This document shows positions 1 through 11,208 of a stretch of DNA of 64,000 nucleotides, piece by piece. A program made the translations under genes and the position numbers. This DNA is from Octopus vulgaris (lineage: Eukaryota). Location: assembly GCA_951406725.2 (NCBI GenBank), contig OX597819.1, positions 83,576,001 through 83,640,000 of the forward strand. Direction: 5' to 3'. Under the pieces are notes generated by a model. That model ran no database searches. It was not told the DNA's origin and saw only the letters and a program-made list of their open reading frames with translations. The stretch's first letter is position 1; every line of letters starts with the position of its first letter.

Positions 1-160
1 TCTCGGAGTGGTTGGCATTAGGAAGTGCATCCAGCTGTAGAAACTCTACCAGATAAAGATTGGAGCCTGGTGTAGCCATCTGGTTCACCAGTCGTCAGTC
101 AAATCGTCCAACCCATGCTAGCATGGAAAGTGGATGTTAAACAATGATGATGATGATGAT
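1..160 (+). mobile_element. RTE LINE 3' UTR fragment with (GAT)n tail
   Basis: Similar to 15790-15953 of the RTE copy in this window. Confidence 0.8.
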
Positions 161-444
161 TCATCAACTTTTAAACATCAGTGTAAAATGAATCTCAGAA
201 TACAAGTTTTTGTACTTTTGTATGCCAGGGCAATGAAACAATAAATTTGAACCTTAGTGGCATGAAACTAAAGACTTCTATTTAAGCCCCTGCTCTACTC
301 TTTCTTGTCCTCCTTCCATATAAAAATCGAAGAAATTCAAATGCCTAAAAGAATTTCAATTTTGTGATTAAATTAGAAAAATCATTAAGATATCACAGAG
401 AGAAAGAAAGCTAAAATAGCTATTGGTTTCATAACAGAAACCCC

Positions 445-1108
445 ATACACTCTGTAAAGTGGTTGGCATTAGGAAGGGCATCCAGCCATAGAAACCACAA
501 CAAAACAGACATACAATTCTATATTTAAGAGATGAGGAATTATGAACATTATTTACATTCGACGGATATTAGTCCTCATCTTGTTTGTTGTTAGCATAAC
601 ATTTCAGCTGATATACCCTCCAGCCTTCTTCAGGTGTCTTGGGGAAATTTCGAACCTGGGTTCTCATTCCTAAGGTATTTTTCAATGTCATTATTATTAT
701 TATTATTATTATTGTTGTTGTTGTTGTTCAGGTCACTGCTTGGAATCACTATGCTCTTAACCACTATGCCATATGCCCGTGGGCATATGGTGTAGTGGTT
801 AAGAGCACCAGCTACTGTTCCCAAGATTTCAAGTTCGATTCCAAGCAGTGACCTAAACAATAACAATAATGATAACAACATCGAAAAATACCTTAGGAAT
901 GAGAACCCAGGTTCGAAATTTCCCCAAGATGCCTGAAGAAGGCTGGAGGGTATATCAGCTGAAATGTTATGCTAACAACAAACAAGATGAGGACTAATAT
1001 CCGTCGAATGTAAATAATATAAAACAGACATAGTCAGGGCAGCTCTTCAGCTGGCTAGCTCCTGTCAAACTGACCAGCCCATGCTAGCATAAAAAACAGA
1101 TGTTACAT
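445..1108 (+). mobile_element. RTE 3' UTR fragment interrupted by the 514-1020 insertion
   Basis: gtggttggcattaggaagggcatccagc ... cccatgctagcat continues across the insertion. Confidence 0.7.
514..1020. mobile_element. Palindromic tRNA-head/hammerhead-tail retroelement with Penelope-type inverted arrangement
   Basis: Arms ~548-778 and 781-1018 around a GT spacer; A-box TGGTGTAGTGGTT; B-box GTTCGATTCC; CTGAAGA..GAAA motif; 12-bp TSD AAAACAGACATA at 502-513 and 1021-1032. Confidence 0.8.
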
Positions 1109-1331
1109 CAGTAGTTCTCAACTGGGGTCCATATAAGGTTTTGTTATTAAAGAATTCATGTCCAATAAACTGGTTATATTCCTTCAATACACAAAATAGT
1201 TTTATTTTTTTTTTATATATATACAATTTCTAATAATATTTAATTATAAAAATGTAATCGGAGTTTTTAAACATCAAATGGCTCGGAGGGTACATTCGAG
1301 CAAAATAGGAACCAATGGTTGAGAAACCCTG
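1109..1331. mobile_element. hAT/Charlie-type MITE
   Basis: TIRs CAGTAGTTCTCAAC / GTTGAGAAACCCTG; same family as 55151 and 60979. Confidence 0.75.
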
Positions 1332-1544
1332 CATTAACTGCTGCTGCTGTTGCCACTGGTGGTGGTGGTGAGGAAGAAGAAGAAGGAGGAGGAGGAGGAC
1401 TATTGAAGCATCTATAATTCTAGATATCTTAACATACGTTCAAGATATCACAATAATCTTCAAAATTATTTCATTGATTTTATTGCAGAACATTTTCTCT
1501 TAATTCTATAAATTATTACTTTAACTATTTTCTTTTGTTCATAG

Positions 1545-1628
1545 ACATCTACACTGCTGTGTAAATTATGTATGAGAAATATGGTGTTGAAATATTGTCT
1601 TAGTATTTCTAAAGAAAGAAAAACTCAG
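1545..1628 (+). CDS. MYO1C: Unconventional myosin I (Myo1c-like) exon, post-IQ/TH1 start; upstream exons lie outside the window
   Basis: ttttgttcatAG|...|GTaagt; 84 nt, phase 0-0; TSTLLCKLCMRNMVLKYCLSISKERKTQ resembles the vertebrate Myo1c segment [22 protein letters not shown] (recalled). Exact orthology untested. Confidence 0.9.
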
Positions 1629-2064
1629 GTAAGTTTAATATAGTTTTCTTCCTTGTTCTCTGAGAAAAAATAAATTTATTTCCAAGATAAGAAACCATGA
1701 TGATTCTCTGAAAAAGTAATGCAAGAAGGGGAGAAATAGAGGGAGAAGTTGGTGGGCTGACTGTAAGAACATTTTCATGTGATAAAAATGAATCCAGGAG
1801 TTTCTGAGGCTGATGGTCAATGAAAATGGTAAAAAAAGAAAAAGTAGTAAAGTAAATTACAATTATATATTTTTCAAAGAAAGTATTACTAGAATGGTGA
1901 GGTTAAAAATAATTTCAGAACATTAGCTAAATGTTGTGTAAGTCTACCAAATTTAATTTATTAGAGAAGTTCAAGAGTTTTACTTGAAAAATATTTGAAA
2001 GAATAATCTCCAGATATCATATTTTGACACTTCTCCCATCATCTGAAAATTGTTACTTCTTCCC

Positions 2065-2117
<53 letters not shown>

Positions 2118-2194
2118 ATATAAATAATATATAAATATATGCATATATACATACATATATGTACATACCTACATCTATATGTATATATACATGC

Positions 2195-2670
2195 ATATAT
2201 GGGTACAGGACATCAAAAAAACATTGAACACAATGAGAAACTAAAGCATAAAAACAAAAACATGGAAACAAACTATTTTTTAAACGATGAAAGAACCGAG
2301 TACAAGACATACAACACAAGGAATATTCTCCTTCTTCAATTGTCCCTGTTTCATCTACTCTGCATTCCGAAGGCAAGGACAAGACGCAACTTCGTTGAAA
2401 CAGTCCTTCTTGCAAAACAAATTAAATAAAATTTAGGATTTTTGTGGAGAGGTAAAAGTGGAAACAAGAACAAGACAGTAAGAACAAAACAAGACAGTAA
2501 AAACAATAAAAGTAAAAACAGTAAAAGACAGAACAAAGAGAATAACACAGTAAAAACAAACAATGAGGGCTGTTCAGCCAAGACGATGGAAAACTTATTT
2601 TGAATGCTTGAGGAGACAGCTTATTATGAAAGAGACAGGATAAGCAGTCTTATCTTGGTGAAGATAGCAG
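2195..2670 (-). mobile_element. Penelope-like terminal fragment between TA-rich microsatellites
   Basis: Homologous to 57830-58006; flanked by (TA)n on both sides. Confidence 0.45.
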
Positions 2671-3209
2671 TCGATATATATATATATATATACAAACTTA
2701 TCCAAATTCATGAACTTTACTGCATAGTATATACTGACACATACCTCTACTAGTGTCCTTGGACTTTGGCTTTTACCTATTTTATTAGGCCATTTGGCTC
2801 CAACAAAGAAAAGAAAGATAGTCAGTAATATTGCACAAACATATGTCAATAAAGAAAATAATAAGTTAACAAATATCTAGAAGAAATTAATAATATTTGG
2901 CCATATTATTATTTTTATTCTTATTTGTACCATGCTACAATTATCATTTCTTTGTCTTCAGATGTTATATGTTTGCATCTATTAAAACTGAGCTGATTTA
3001 TTAGATTTCTTCAAATATCTAGTCACTGCTTTATTTACCTGTTTGCAGTGTTTCCAACTAATAAACTTGTATTGATTTTTCAAAATGGGACTCACCCACC
3101 GACAAGAAACAATTGAAACTTTCTAGAAAGAGCAATAATTTCTCTACCCAAAGTAAAAAAAATGTTAATATTCCACATAAAAATAGTTGATTACTTTCAT
3201 CTGAAAGTA

Positions 3210-3500
3210 AAGGTGTGTGATGTAGAGGTTAGGGTGTTGCACTCATGATTGTGAGGTCATGGTTTCAATTTCCAGACTAAGCAGTGCATTGTGTTCTTGA
3301 GCAAAATCTTCATCTCACATTGTTTTGGTGCACTTAGTGGTGAATGAGTTGTAGCAAAAGGTGAGAAGTTAACCCTGTGACAGACCAACATTCTATTCAG
3401 GAAAGAGTACAGTAATCTCAATCACTTATATGCCATGGAAATTAGGTTATGCTCCAACCTTATAAGTCATGGGGTTCAGAAAAAAAATTCATCTGGAGAC
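3210..3500 (+). mobile_element. Degenerate tRNA-derived SINE
   Basis: A/B-box-like head followed by gtgttcttgagcaa core-like segment. Confidence 0.5.
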
Positions 3501-3559
3501 ACATGAACAAGCGGAAAACTGTTTATGGGTTCACTTTTTGCATCTATATCGCTAATATG

Positions 3560-3756
3560 GATTTCAAATTTTGGCACAAGGCCAGCAATTTTAGGAGAGA
3601 GGATAAGTCAATTACATCAACCCAGCATGCAATTTGTACTTAGTTTATCAACTCCAAAAGGATGAAAGGCAAGGTCAACCTTGGCAAAATTTGAACTGAG
3701 AATGTAAAGCTAGCATTTTGCCCAGTATGCTAACAATTCTGTCAGCTCACCACCTT
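3560..3756 (-). mobile_element. SINE family B (tRNA head, GACTTTGCCTTTCATCCTTTCGGGGTCGATAA core)
   Basis: Reverse complement of 44473-44706. Confidence 0.8.
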
Positions 3757-4469
3757 CCATATCGCAAATATTGATATGAAGAACTTCAAGAATATGACTC
3801 ATTAGGACCTACAGTTTAACTTCATTATATGACTTTATCTTCTATTTTTCCTCAATCACATGATGATATCCATATACTGAACCATAAGGACTAATATTCA
3901 CATCTCCATAAAATTCATTCTGGAAAAGGAGAAAAAAATTTTGATTTAAAAAAAAGGTGCAAGATTTTCATTTATTGAAACAAAAATTGGATATACTAAA
4001 AATACAGTGTCCATAACAGGTTGATGCAAATACAATGTACAGACAAAAACAATTTCACCTAATGAGAATCCATTCCTGAAAGGAATGTCTTGATAATTCT
4101 TGAGGCCTGTAGCATCTCAAAAATATGAGATGTAGGCAAAAACCAAAACCCTGTAACTCTGATATAGTAGAAGTGTCTTTCAGAGAAATTACAAAAAGAA
4201 TCTGTAGAAAATATATCCTAACTTCAGGATCAACTCTACACTCTACAGAGCCTTCACCAGTGCAAAAACCTCCCAAAGAGATGACTGAAACATAGATATA
4301 AAAATTGGCCCTTTACTGTCTAATGTATTTGTGGACACAGGCTTGGAAACAGGGTGTGAGTGTAAGCGCACTCCCTAAAATTGGGGGAGTGGGGAACGAA
4401 AACACTTTGAACATTCTCCTAAAAAATGGGTTTGCACTCCTAAGCAAATTTCATTCCTGCACTTATGTT

Positions 4470-4845
4470 TGTGGAAGCTTACTTTGCAACCACATGGTGG
4501 TTTCAGAACAGTCTCACCATATGGCACCCTGAACAAGTGTTTCCAACAAAACCCCCGTGCCAAATAATGCCTTGTGGGTGAATTTGGTTGAAGGAAACTG
4601 TGCAGAAGCCCACCATATGTGTTTGTGTATGTGTGTATATTTGTGTCTATCTTTGCTCCCCATACTCATGCATCCCATATAATAACTGGTGTTCATTTGT
4701 TTACATACCCTATAACTAGCAATTCAGCAAAACGGTCTGATAAAGTAAGTACCAGGCATAAAAATAAGTACTGAGGTTGATTTGTTTGAGTGAATTCCCC
4801 CATCTTGGTGCTCGAGCCCAATGTCTGCAACAAGTAAAAGATAAG
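4470..4845 (+). mobile_element. SINE family A, degenerate
   Basis: Similar to 59183-59642. Confidence 0.7.
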
Positions 4846-5536
4846 ACATTTGTCAAATGATGAAACAGAATAATGCCAAAAATTAAGGATTTAAAGACAT
4901 TGGAACGTTCTGAGGAGAGGTCAAGACTGGAATAAATTAACTGGAATAAAAATATAAAATCTATGCCATTCTCAAATAAGATTTCCATCATGGAAAAAGA
5001 AGCACCATAAAAACTTAGTTTAAATGAACTGCTGTTTCTTGAATGATCACATAAGGGGATCTGCATTGGTGAAGCCCATCATTATTTTTTCAGTTTTTAT
5101 TTTATATGCATAGGTGCCTGTAATATGATGGCTTCATTCAAATCCAGTATGAAGTAGCTATTTATCACACATCTATTAAACATACTATAATCTTAGCCAG
5201 TGATATAAGTTTATTGAAATATGTTTAAATATGAAAGACTGGAACATACAAGCATTGCAGGAGAATAGCATATAAATTTTATGTGTCACACACTGTTGTA
5301 ATCCTAATCTGAAGTAGTGTGCACACATGTGTATAATATCACCTGATGATAACTGGAGAACATACGATTTTAAAAAACATGTAATTGAAATGATAAAGAA
5401 ATATATATTAACTAGTCTAATTAAGATTAATTAGTAAAAAGCTTAGATATGTGTGGCATACAAAATTTTTTTAAAAATGGATGACTACAATGGAAAACTG
5501 CTTAGAGCGTATTTTAAGACACCTATATTAGCAAAT

Positions 5537-5951
5537 GGATCTTTTCGGTTTGAACGGCAGTTTTTTCTAGTGGTGTCATATGAAATTGTCACCCATAATT
5601 ATGACCCTAGTATCAATCTATTGCATTTCAATCTGTTTTTGGGTTAGGGGTGGGGGAAGGGTATGTTTTTTTTTCCTTAACAAATGTAAATAAACCCAAT
5701 CTGTTTCTTAAACGAGGGACATATTCATACGGCACAGAATGTTTTTTTTACCTCAATAGACATCAGTGATTGGTTGAAATTGCAGAAATTGAAGAAAAAA
5801 AACAACAAATATCTTACAAACTATAGAATTTTCTCAATAAAGCCAAGAGAAAAAGATGCTTTATAAACACATTCTACCAGTATACGAAGTTTAAAATTTT
5901 TTAGTTACCTAGAAATTATGTTAAAAACTGCCGTTCAAACCGAAAAGATCC
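5537..5951. mobile_element. GGATC-ended MITE with TTAGGG-like subterminal motif
   Basis: TIR GGATCTTTTCGGTTTGAACGGCAGTTTT; further copies at 42098 and 48034. Confidence 0.85.
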
Positions 5952-5994
5952 CAAATGGGTACTAAGGCAAAGGATGATGCTGATAGTGTCAGTG

Positions 5995-6172
5995 AAACCA
6001 CATGGTTCGAGGTTCAATTCCACTGCATGGCACCTTGGGCAAGTGTCTTCTATTATAGCCTCGGGCTGACCAAAGCCTTGTGAGTAGATTTGGTAGATGG
6101 AAACTGAAAAGAGCCTGTCATATATGTGTATGTACCTATGTGTGTCTTTGTGTCTGTGTTTGTCCCCCATCC
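5995..6172 (+). mobile_element. SINE family A, 5' part
   Basis: ccacatggttcgaggttc...cttgggcaagtgtcttc...ggaaactgaaa. Confidence 0.8.
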
Positions 6173-6254
6173 CCATGGAATGAAAAATTATTCTGTAATT
6201 GTTGTCAATGTATGTTACATCACATCATTAATTATTTTCCTAATATTTTTGCAG

Positions 6255-6348
6255 ATGGAACAAAAAGTTCTTGCAGAACGGATATTTCGAGGTCAAAAGG
6301 AATCCTATCCATTTAGCATTAAAGATCCTTTCGTCACCAATCGTCTAG
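6255..6348 (+). CDS. MYO1C: Myosin I TH1 exon
   Basis: tttttgcAG|...|GTaaat; 94 nt, phase 0-1; MEQKVLAERIFRGQKESYPFSIKDPFVTNRL resembles Myo1c [30 protein letters not shown]. Confidence 0.93.
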
Positions 6349-6538
6349 GTAAATTTTATAATTTTTCTTCTTTTTTTTTCTGTATAAAATAAAAAGAGTA
6401 AAATAGAAAGTAATGCTGGTTCACATTACAATGTGTAAGCTTTTGTCTCATGTGAGAACTGCTTTCATATAATGAATATGTTTTGGCAGTAATCATATGT
6501 TTGTTTTATGTTCTTTTTGTGAATGATATAGGACACGC

Positions 6539-6777
6539 TTTTACTCTTTACTTTTTTACTTGTTTCAGTCATTTGACTGTGGCCATACTAGAGCACTGCC
6601 TTTTAGTTGAGAAAATCAACCCCAGGACTTATTCTTTGTAAGCCTAGTACTTATTCTATCTGTCTCTTTTGCTGAACCGCTAAGTTACAGGGACGTAAAT
6701 ACACCAGCATCAGTTGTCAAGCAATGGTGGGAGGGACCAACACACATGCACAAACATATACACACACATACATAAAG

Positions 6778-6836
<59 letters not shown>

Positions 6837-6838
6837 CA

Positions 6839-6874
<36 letters not shown>

Positions 6875-7042
6875 TACAATAGGCTTCTTTCAGTTTCCGT
6901 CTACCAAATCCACTCACAAGGCTTTGGTCAGCCCGAGGATATAGTAGAAGACACTTGCCCAAGGTGCCACTCAGTGGGACTGAACCCGGAACCATGTAGT
7001 TGGTAAGCAAGCTAGTTACCACACAGCTACTTCAGCACCTAT
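6539..7042 (-). mobile_element. SINE family A, full length with internal TA/CA microsatellite
   Basis: Reverse complement of 59183-59642. Confidence 0.9.
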
Positions 7043-7576
7043 GGAAGCTGAATCTACAATTCAGTTTAAATTTTTGGTTGAATCATTTCACTTTTCTTAT
7101 TTCTAGTGCCAGCAATTTCTGGTTATAGTCAATAGCTTTGAAAATGTTGGGCCCACCATGCTGATTTGTGCTTGACACATGACATGAAGTAATGACCCAA
7201 ATAGCTCTTGAAGGTTATGGTATGCTTAATAGATGTGTGATAAATAGCTACTTCATACTGGATTTGAATGAAGCCATCATATTACAGGCATCTATGCATA
7301 TAAAATAAAAACTGACAAAATAATGATGGGCTTCACCAATGCAGATCCCCTTACGTGATTATTCAAGAAATAGCTACCAAATTTCCCTCATTTCAACCAA
7401 ACTGTTTTTATGAACATACAAGATGATCACAGCTGGATTGTTTTTGATTATTGCTCTGTTTAATCAGATTTATCTGGCAATAAACAAAACAAAAATATTT
7501 TGTAAATTTTTAACATTCTTAATATCAATGGTATATAGATATAAAACTGGGAAATTTACGAGACAAATATAAACTA

Positions 7577-8054
7577 GGCATGGCTGTGTGGTAAGAAGCT
7601 TGCTTCCCAAGCACATGGTTCCAGATTCAGTTTCACTGCATAGCACCTCAGGCAAGTGTCTTTAACTATAGCCTCGGGCTGACCAAAGCCTTATGAGTGG
7701 ATTTGGTAGATGGAAACTGAAAAGAGCCTGTCATATCAGTGTATATACCTATGTGTGTTTGTGTGTCTGTGTTTGTCCTCCATCACCATTTGACAACCAG
7801 TGTTGGTGTGTTACAACCAGTGTTGGTGTGTTACAACCAGTGTTGGTGTGTTACAACCAGTGTTGGTGTGTTACAACCAGTGTTGGTGTGTTTACATCCC
7901 TGTAACTTGGCAGTTTGGCAAAAGAGACCAATAGAGTACTAGGCTTAAAAGAAAATAAGTCCTGGGGTCGATTTGTTGAACTAAAACCCTCTAAGGCAGT
8001 GCTCCAGCATGGCTGCAGTCAAATGACTGAAACAAGTAAAAGAATAAAAGAGTA
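7577..8054 (+). mobile_element. SINE family A with internal 5 x 20-bp minisatellite (7793-7892)
   Basis: Family match; unit ACAACCAGTGTTGGTGTGTT. Confidence 0.9.
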
Positions 8055-8204
8055 ATTTCGTGATATATTATCTGCAAAACTAGGTATGACTATTTGAACA
8101 AATATAGCTTTCAGATTTGAATACTAGTATTAACCTGAAGAAGAAAGCATATGCAATGGTTCTTTGATGGAACAATACAGTCAAAATTTTATTTATTTCT
8201 TCAG

Positions 8205-8275
8205 CAACACACCATGAACATCTCAGAACATCCGTTTTTGATGCCACTATAAAAGCACAAAATGAAGAAATTGTG
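8205..8275 (+). CDS. MYO1C: Myosin I TH1 exon
   Basis: tttcttcAG|...|GTaagt; 71 nt, phase 1-0, fits both neighbours; (A)THHEHLRTSVFDATIKAQNEEIV. Confidence 0.85.
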
Positions 8276-8844
8276 GTAAGTTATCCAAAGCATGCTTCTG
8301 TTTATCATATTTTCAGTACAGAAAACAAATAAAGAACAAATTTATCTGAAATAATGATATTTTCTAGAAAAGAACCAAATAGATGTTGTGTTATTGTCAT
8401 TGTACTATATTGATATTGCATTTATATGTATACACCTGTACATGTATACTCATTTGAAACTGAAATCTTTTACTTAATATATATTTATTATATGTAATGA
8501 TATTAATTCTTCATCTGTTCTTTCAATCATGTTGAGGACATAGCTGCCTCTCTAATGCTGGTGCCTCAAAAAACATACCCAGTAGACACAAAGTGTAAGT
8601 TGTGAGGACCCTTTAGTCTTATTGATGATATGACACCTCTCTAATGCTAGTGCCACACAAAAGCACCCAGTACATTCTGTAAAGTGTTGTTAGGGAAGGC
8701 ATCCAGCCATAGGAACAAAATTTTAAAAAATATCAGTGTTGAAGTTTGCTTGAAGCACTGTATATTAGGTATAAAATCTGTATGTTATAGAAGACTATAG
8801 CAATGCAGGTTAAACATCAAGTTACTTCAAAAATATTTAGTCCA

Positions 8845-9140
8845 GGCATGGCCATGTGGTAAGAAGCTTGCATCCCAAACACATGGTTTCAGGTTCAGTC
8901 TCACAGCATAGCAACCTTGATCAAGTGTCTCTATGATACCCTCTGGCCAACCAAGTCCTTGTGAATGGACTTGGTGAACACAAACTGAAAGTCACTTATC
9001 ATGTGTGTGTGTTTACCTGCCTTGACATTATGTAATGGCTGTAAGCAGTCTACTTCATTTACAGTCTTCCATGAATAACATTTCTGATCATGAGGAAATA
9101 TTACCTTACTTGGAAACAGATGAGGGCTGGCAACGGGAAT
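8845..9140 (+). mobile_element. SINE family A variant
   Basis: ggcatggccatgtggtaagaagcttgc head. Confidence 0.7.
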
Positions 9141-9179
9141 TGTGAAAGAATTTATTGTAATTACTTTTAATGTGAACCA

Positions 9180-9614
9180 ATGAGGCTAGTATGCTCTGCT
9201 GGATGTGTAATGTAAGTGTTCATGTTTGACAGAGTTCTAGTGTATTGAGAGAGAAGTTAGGTATAAGAGGAATTAGATGCTGTGTGCAAGAAAGAAGACT
9301 GCGCTGGTTTGGTCATGTAATACGGATGGATGCCAACAACTCCATACAGAAGTACTGATCTCTAAAAGTAGATGGAACATGTGGAAGTGGGAGATCCAGA
9401 AAGACATGGTCTGAATTACTGAAGAATGATTTCAGGGTGCTGAACCTTTCAGGCAAGATGGCAAAAGACCAAGATGCCTGGCACCTTGCTCAACTCAAGA
9501 AGACCTGCACTCCACAGCACAAGTGTTAAACCTTGGTGGAGAGGATTGACCTCCAAGAGTCGATGCTGGTGCCACATAAAAGCACCCGGCACATTCTGTA
9601 AAGCGGTTGGCATT
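9180..9614 (+). pseudogene. Degraded RTE LINE 3' fragment
   Basis: Translates to [23 protein letters not shown], like the RTE at 13995; followed by 3' UTR motif. Confidence 0.8.
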
Positions 9615-9642
9615 ATATATATATATATATATATATACATAC

Positions 9643-9950
9643 ATATATTAATCAAAATAAAAACATGATGCCAAGGATTCAGCGGTACATATGTTTCGGG
9701 CCTTTATTAGACGGATTCATAACAATGCATAATGTGTGTCTATGGCCTTCTTCAGCCGCGCACAATTACTACTTCACAATGCATTGTTATAAATCCGTCT
9801 AATAAAGGCCCGAAACATATGTACCGCTGAATCCTTGGCATCATGTTTTTATTTTGATTAATATACTCTACCACCTACACCACCAAATGGTATATACAGG
9901 TGCTTACAATTATCAAGTATTCACCCTGAATTTTTGTATCCAACTCACCT
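9643..9950. mobile_element. Penelope-like inverted terminal repeats in (TA)n
   Basis: Arms 9643-9730 and 9779-9864; extra tail on the right arm; hammerhead on the minus strand. Confidence 0.75.
9682..9759 (-). ncRNA. Type I hammerhead ribozyme motif, near intact
   Basis: Minus strand: GCGG CUGAAGA A GGCC..GGCC C GAAA CAUAUG UA CCGC. Confidence 0.7.
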
Positions 9951-10479
9951 ATATATATATATATATATATACATATTCTGTACTGCAGAATAGACTTTTA
10001 GCCAACACTGTATAGGTTAATGTAAACCACTTTCCTGTATATACCAACACCTTCCTTTGTGGAAAGATACATACACATATTTATACACACATATATGCAC
10101 ATACATCAACTGATATATAATTTATATATATTCAATATGAATTAAATGATATATACAATATCGTCATCATCATCATTTAACATTTACTTTCCATGCAAGT
10201 ATGGGTTGGGATGTATATACATATGTATAGAGAGAGACAAATAGATAGATAGATGAATAGAAAGATGGATGGACAGACAGACATGTGGATGGACAGATTG
10301 GATTGGATTGGACTGGATTAAGAACAGATCTGTAAGTCATTTTTTTTACTGTGCACATGATGATTTATTACTAGTTAATAGATATCAACATGCTTCAGCA
10401 ATTATAAATTAATTGTTGAAGCATGCTGAAATTATAAACAAGAGCCACAAATTCTTGTTAGATTAATTAGTTTGCAATA

Positions 10480-10529
10480 GCTTTGGCTGATGAGACACAA
10501 CAACGTCAAAACACCTGGTGTCCCAGAGT
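10480..10529 (+). ncRNA. Type I minimal hammerhead motif with G12A (probably inactive)
   Basis: GCUUUGG CUGAUGA GAC..GUC aAAA CACCUGGUG UC CCAGAGU; stems I-III pair. Confidence 0.65.
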
Positions 10530-10823
10530 CCCCTTATGGCAATGAATCAAAAGTGTTATGAATACACATTTGTTGTGGAAAAAATCGTTCACCTCTGATG
10601 AAGCATATCAGCAATTAACATATTTGTGTTCAAATCTGCAAGAACATATTAAAAATGTAAGTCATTGCTTTGATTCACTTGGTACACCACACACACATGG
10701 CAATTTATTACATATATGTGTATATATGTGTGGGTATGTATGTGTATGTGTATATGTGTGTGTGTGTGTATGTATATATATATATATGTATATGTATATA
10801 AATATTATATTCTGACATGCCCC

Positions 10824-10861
<38 letters not shown>

Positions 10862-11156
10862 TGACTAGATTGGCATGGTTGAAATACCTCTGTTGTATCT
10901 TCTTTGATAGTGAATGATTGAAATTCAAGTAAAATTTAAAGATGTTACAATAATTTTTTTAAATTTATTTCTGTTATGAATAAAACAAAGAAAATAATGT
11001 GTATGAAATCATGAATTTATGCAAAATTACCTGGTTTGAATTCAAGTTATTGACCAAAAATTAAGTAGTTTATTTTCCCATGCAACACTGAAAATCCTTC
11101 TGCTATAAACAATATACTCCTATGAATATTCCTTTCAATCACGCACACACACACAA

Positions 11157-11205
<49 letters not shown>

Positions 11206-11208
<3 letters not shown>

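Larger units (their letters stand above)
5031..7374. repeat. 164-bp inverted repeat pair (5031-5194 and 7211-7374) flanking exon 6255-6348
   Basis: Manual alignment: 8 differences in 164 nt. Confidence 0.9.

Noticed and set aside
781-854. Functional tRNA gene
   Set aside because: Poor acceptor and anticodon stems, no oligo-T terminator, and embedded in a TSD-flanked repeat.
2945-2995. Extra myosin exon after the acceptor-like tttgtcttcag
   Set aside because: Exons 1545 and 6255 already join collinearly with Myo1c, the frame hits a stop, and there is no good donor.
7793-7892. Regular repeat resembling a CRISPR array
   Set aside because: No unique spacers, eukaryotic context, and derived from SINE sequence.
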